Positions 62,199 to 64,000 of a DNA stretch of 64,000 nucleotides are shown piece by piece (within the stretch, counting starts at the first letter, position 1; each line of letters begins with the position of its first letter). The position numbers and the translations under genes were made by a program. Source of the stretch: the human T2T-CHM13v2.0 reference genome, Homo sapiens; the NCBI RefSeq assembly GCF_009914755.1, contig NC_060928.1; one strand, written 5' to 3'. Under the pieces are notes generated by a model. It was not told the origin of the DNA. It searched no databases and saw only the letters and a list, made by a program, of their open reading frames with translations.

Positions 62199-63326
62199 CC
62201 TCTCCCTGCTCCCTCTGAACGCCCCCCACCACACACTTGCTGCAGGGGCCACCTCTCTCCTGGACTCCAGCCCCTGCTATCTGCCTCTGCACCGACAGGC
62301 ACATGCCCACCCACCTGACTGGATAGCATGGACCTCCCCGCTGGGACACGCAGCCACTCCCTTGGAGTCTGCAGCCAGCTCTCTGGGCTCACCTCCTCCC
62401 TTTGATCCCCCACAGGCCCTTCCAAAAACTCCCAGGTCCCCAGTGGCTTCCCTGACCAATGAGGGGAGGGGGCGCTTGTCTGGGGAGGGCTATCCGGTGC
62501 TTTCTCACCAAGATGGCTCTGCCTGGCCTCTCCCGGCAGTGCAGAGCCTGGTGTCACTGGCAACTGGGCACACACCTGTCCCCGGATGTTTCAGGTCTCG
62601 GTGTTCCCCATGGATATGTAGCGCTGTCCCCCTACGTAGTCTCACCCTGCACATTTTTCCTTCATTTTCGGCCCTTGGTCCAACCCTGATTTCTTTGGGG
62701 CTCCCCATGTCCAGTGGTTGCGGGTGACATTCCTCTGGACTGTAACCCACACCAGGCAGCTTATCCCAGATGAGAGACAGGCAAGCTTTGGGCAGAGCCT
62801 GGAGGGGATCTGCGGAACCGCCCATCGTCTGTGACAGACCAGGGGCTGGGGCTGGGGACCTGGGAGCCTCCGAACCTCTTGCGGGTCACGGAAGGAACTT
62901 GAATGCGACCTGCCTGCACGGAGGGGTGGGGTGGGTCCAAAATCACCTCCCTGAGGACAGGAATCCTGGTCACGGTTCAGCGGCCCTGTGGGGTTGCTTG
63001 TATCAGGGGCTGGTGTCTGCCCTGTCATTCACGTAATCCCCTACGGTCTTCCCAGGGGGTGGGGTCAGGATCCCCCGGTAGACAGGCACGAGATGCAGAC
63101 AGCTGTGCTGTGAGTGTCTGAACACACAAGCGGACAACCGCCCAGCCATCCTGAAATGCAGAGCTCAGACCACACCTGCAGCTGCTGGCCCAGGGAACCA
63201 AGCCCAGCCTCGGCACCCAGCCGAGAAGCCAGCTGCATGGCAGACTTGCAGGGAGGCGACTGCTCTCCCTCGACAACCAGGAGGCTAAACAGCAGCTCTA
63301 ACAGTCGGCCCTTCATGGCCAGGGCT

Positions 63327-63503
63327 TGTGTGTGATGTGTATGGTGTGTGTGATGTGTATGGTGTGTGTGTTGTGTAGTGTGCTGTGTAGTGTGTGTGTG
63401 CTGTATAGTGTGTGTTGTGTGTGCTGTGTGTGTGTGTGTGTGATGTGTGGTGTGTATGTGTGTGTGGTGTGCGTGTGTGTGTGTTGTGTGTGTTTGTGTG
63501 TGG
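63327..63503. repeat. Degenerate (TG)n tract
   Basis: Directly visible. Confidence 0.9.
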
Positions 63504-64000
63504 TGACCCTGACCCTGACCCTAACCTTGTCACTGTGGCAGGAGGTGAGAGGGCCCTGAGGCAGCTGGGGGCCCTGGGGTGAAAGGAAGGGGTGGTAGAG
63601 TGAGGGAGTGCTCAGGGCTCCCCAGGGAAACGCTGTCTCAGGGAGGCAGAGGTGGAAGAAAACACCCTTGCGTGTGTCAGAAGCAGCCACACAGTTAGAA
63701 CTCTGACGGGGACACCTGGGTTGTGGCCCTTCTCCTGCCCAGCCTTCCACAGTGGGTGGCAGGGGGGTCTGCAGGCTGGAGGCAGGTTGGGGGTGCCCTC
63801 CCTGCCAGCCAAGCCAAAGTGACAAGAATTCAGAGGAGCTGGGGAGCGGAGGGTGGGCTGTGGACGGGGCCGAAGACCAGAGCTGAGCTGGCCTCAGAAG
63901 GCCCCAGAGCCCGTCTGGTTGTCCCCTTGGACAGATGGGGCATGCGACGCCCACAGTGAGGAGGGCCTGCCCCAGGATCTCACGGGGTGAGGGAACAGCA

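Overview
Primate (very probably human) nuclear DNA, identified by Alu (J and S), THE1, MLT1, MER21/39/51/57 and LTR10/26-type LTRs, L1M, L2 and MIR elements. It is GC-rich and unusually rich in minisatellites, like distal or subtelomeric chromosome bands. I find no protein-coding exon, RNA gene or CRISPR-like array. The long ORFs are read-throughs of simple or tandem repeats, or chance ORFs in GC-rich DNA. The only ORF with real protein motifs is a decayed LINE-1 ORF2 endonuclease (40857-41399). The window looks intergenic or deep-intronic, and I cannot name the locus. The most interesting signals are regulatory and evolutionary hypotheses: (i) a MER21 solo LTR in which internal tandem duplications have multiplied stress-response motifs (3 perfect ATF4/C/EBP AARE sites ATTGCATCA and 2 UPRE-like TGACGTGA); (ii) a CpG-island-like VNTR carrying about 8 AhR XRE cores; (iii) several compact motif clusters in unique DNA (inverted AP-1 pair, HNF1/CRE, MEF2/AP-1, octamer/HOX/ETS); and (iv) many VNTRs born inside old transposons, with apparent AT-to-GC drift. 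Repeat family names come from my recollection of consensus sequences, not from a database search, and boundaries of old elements are approximate.
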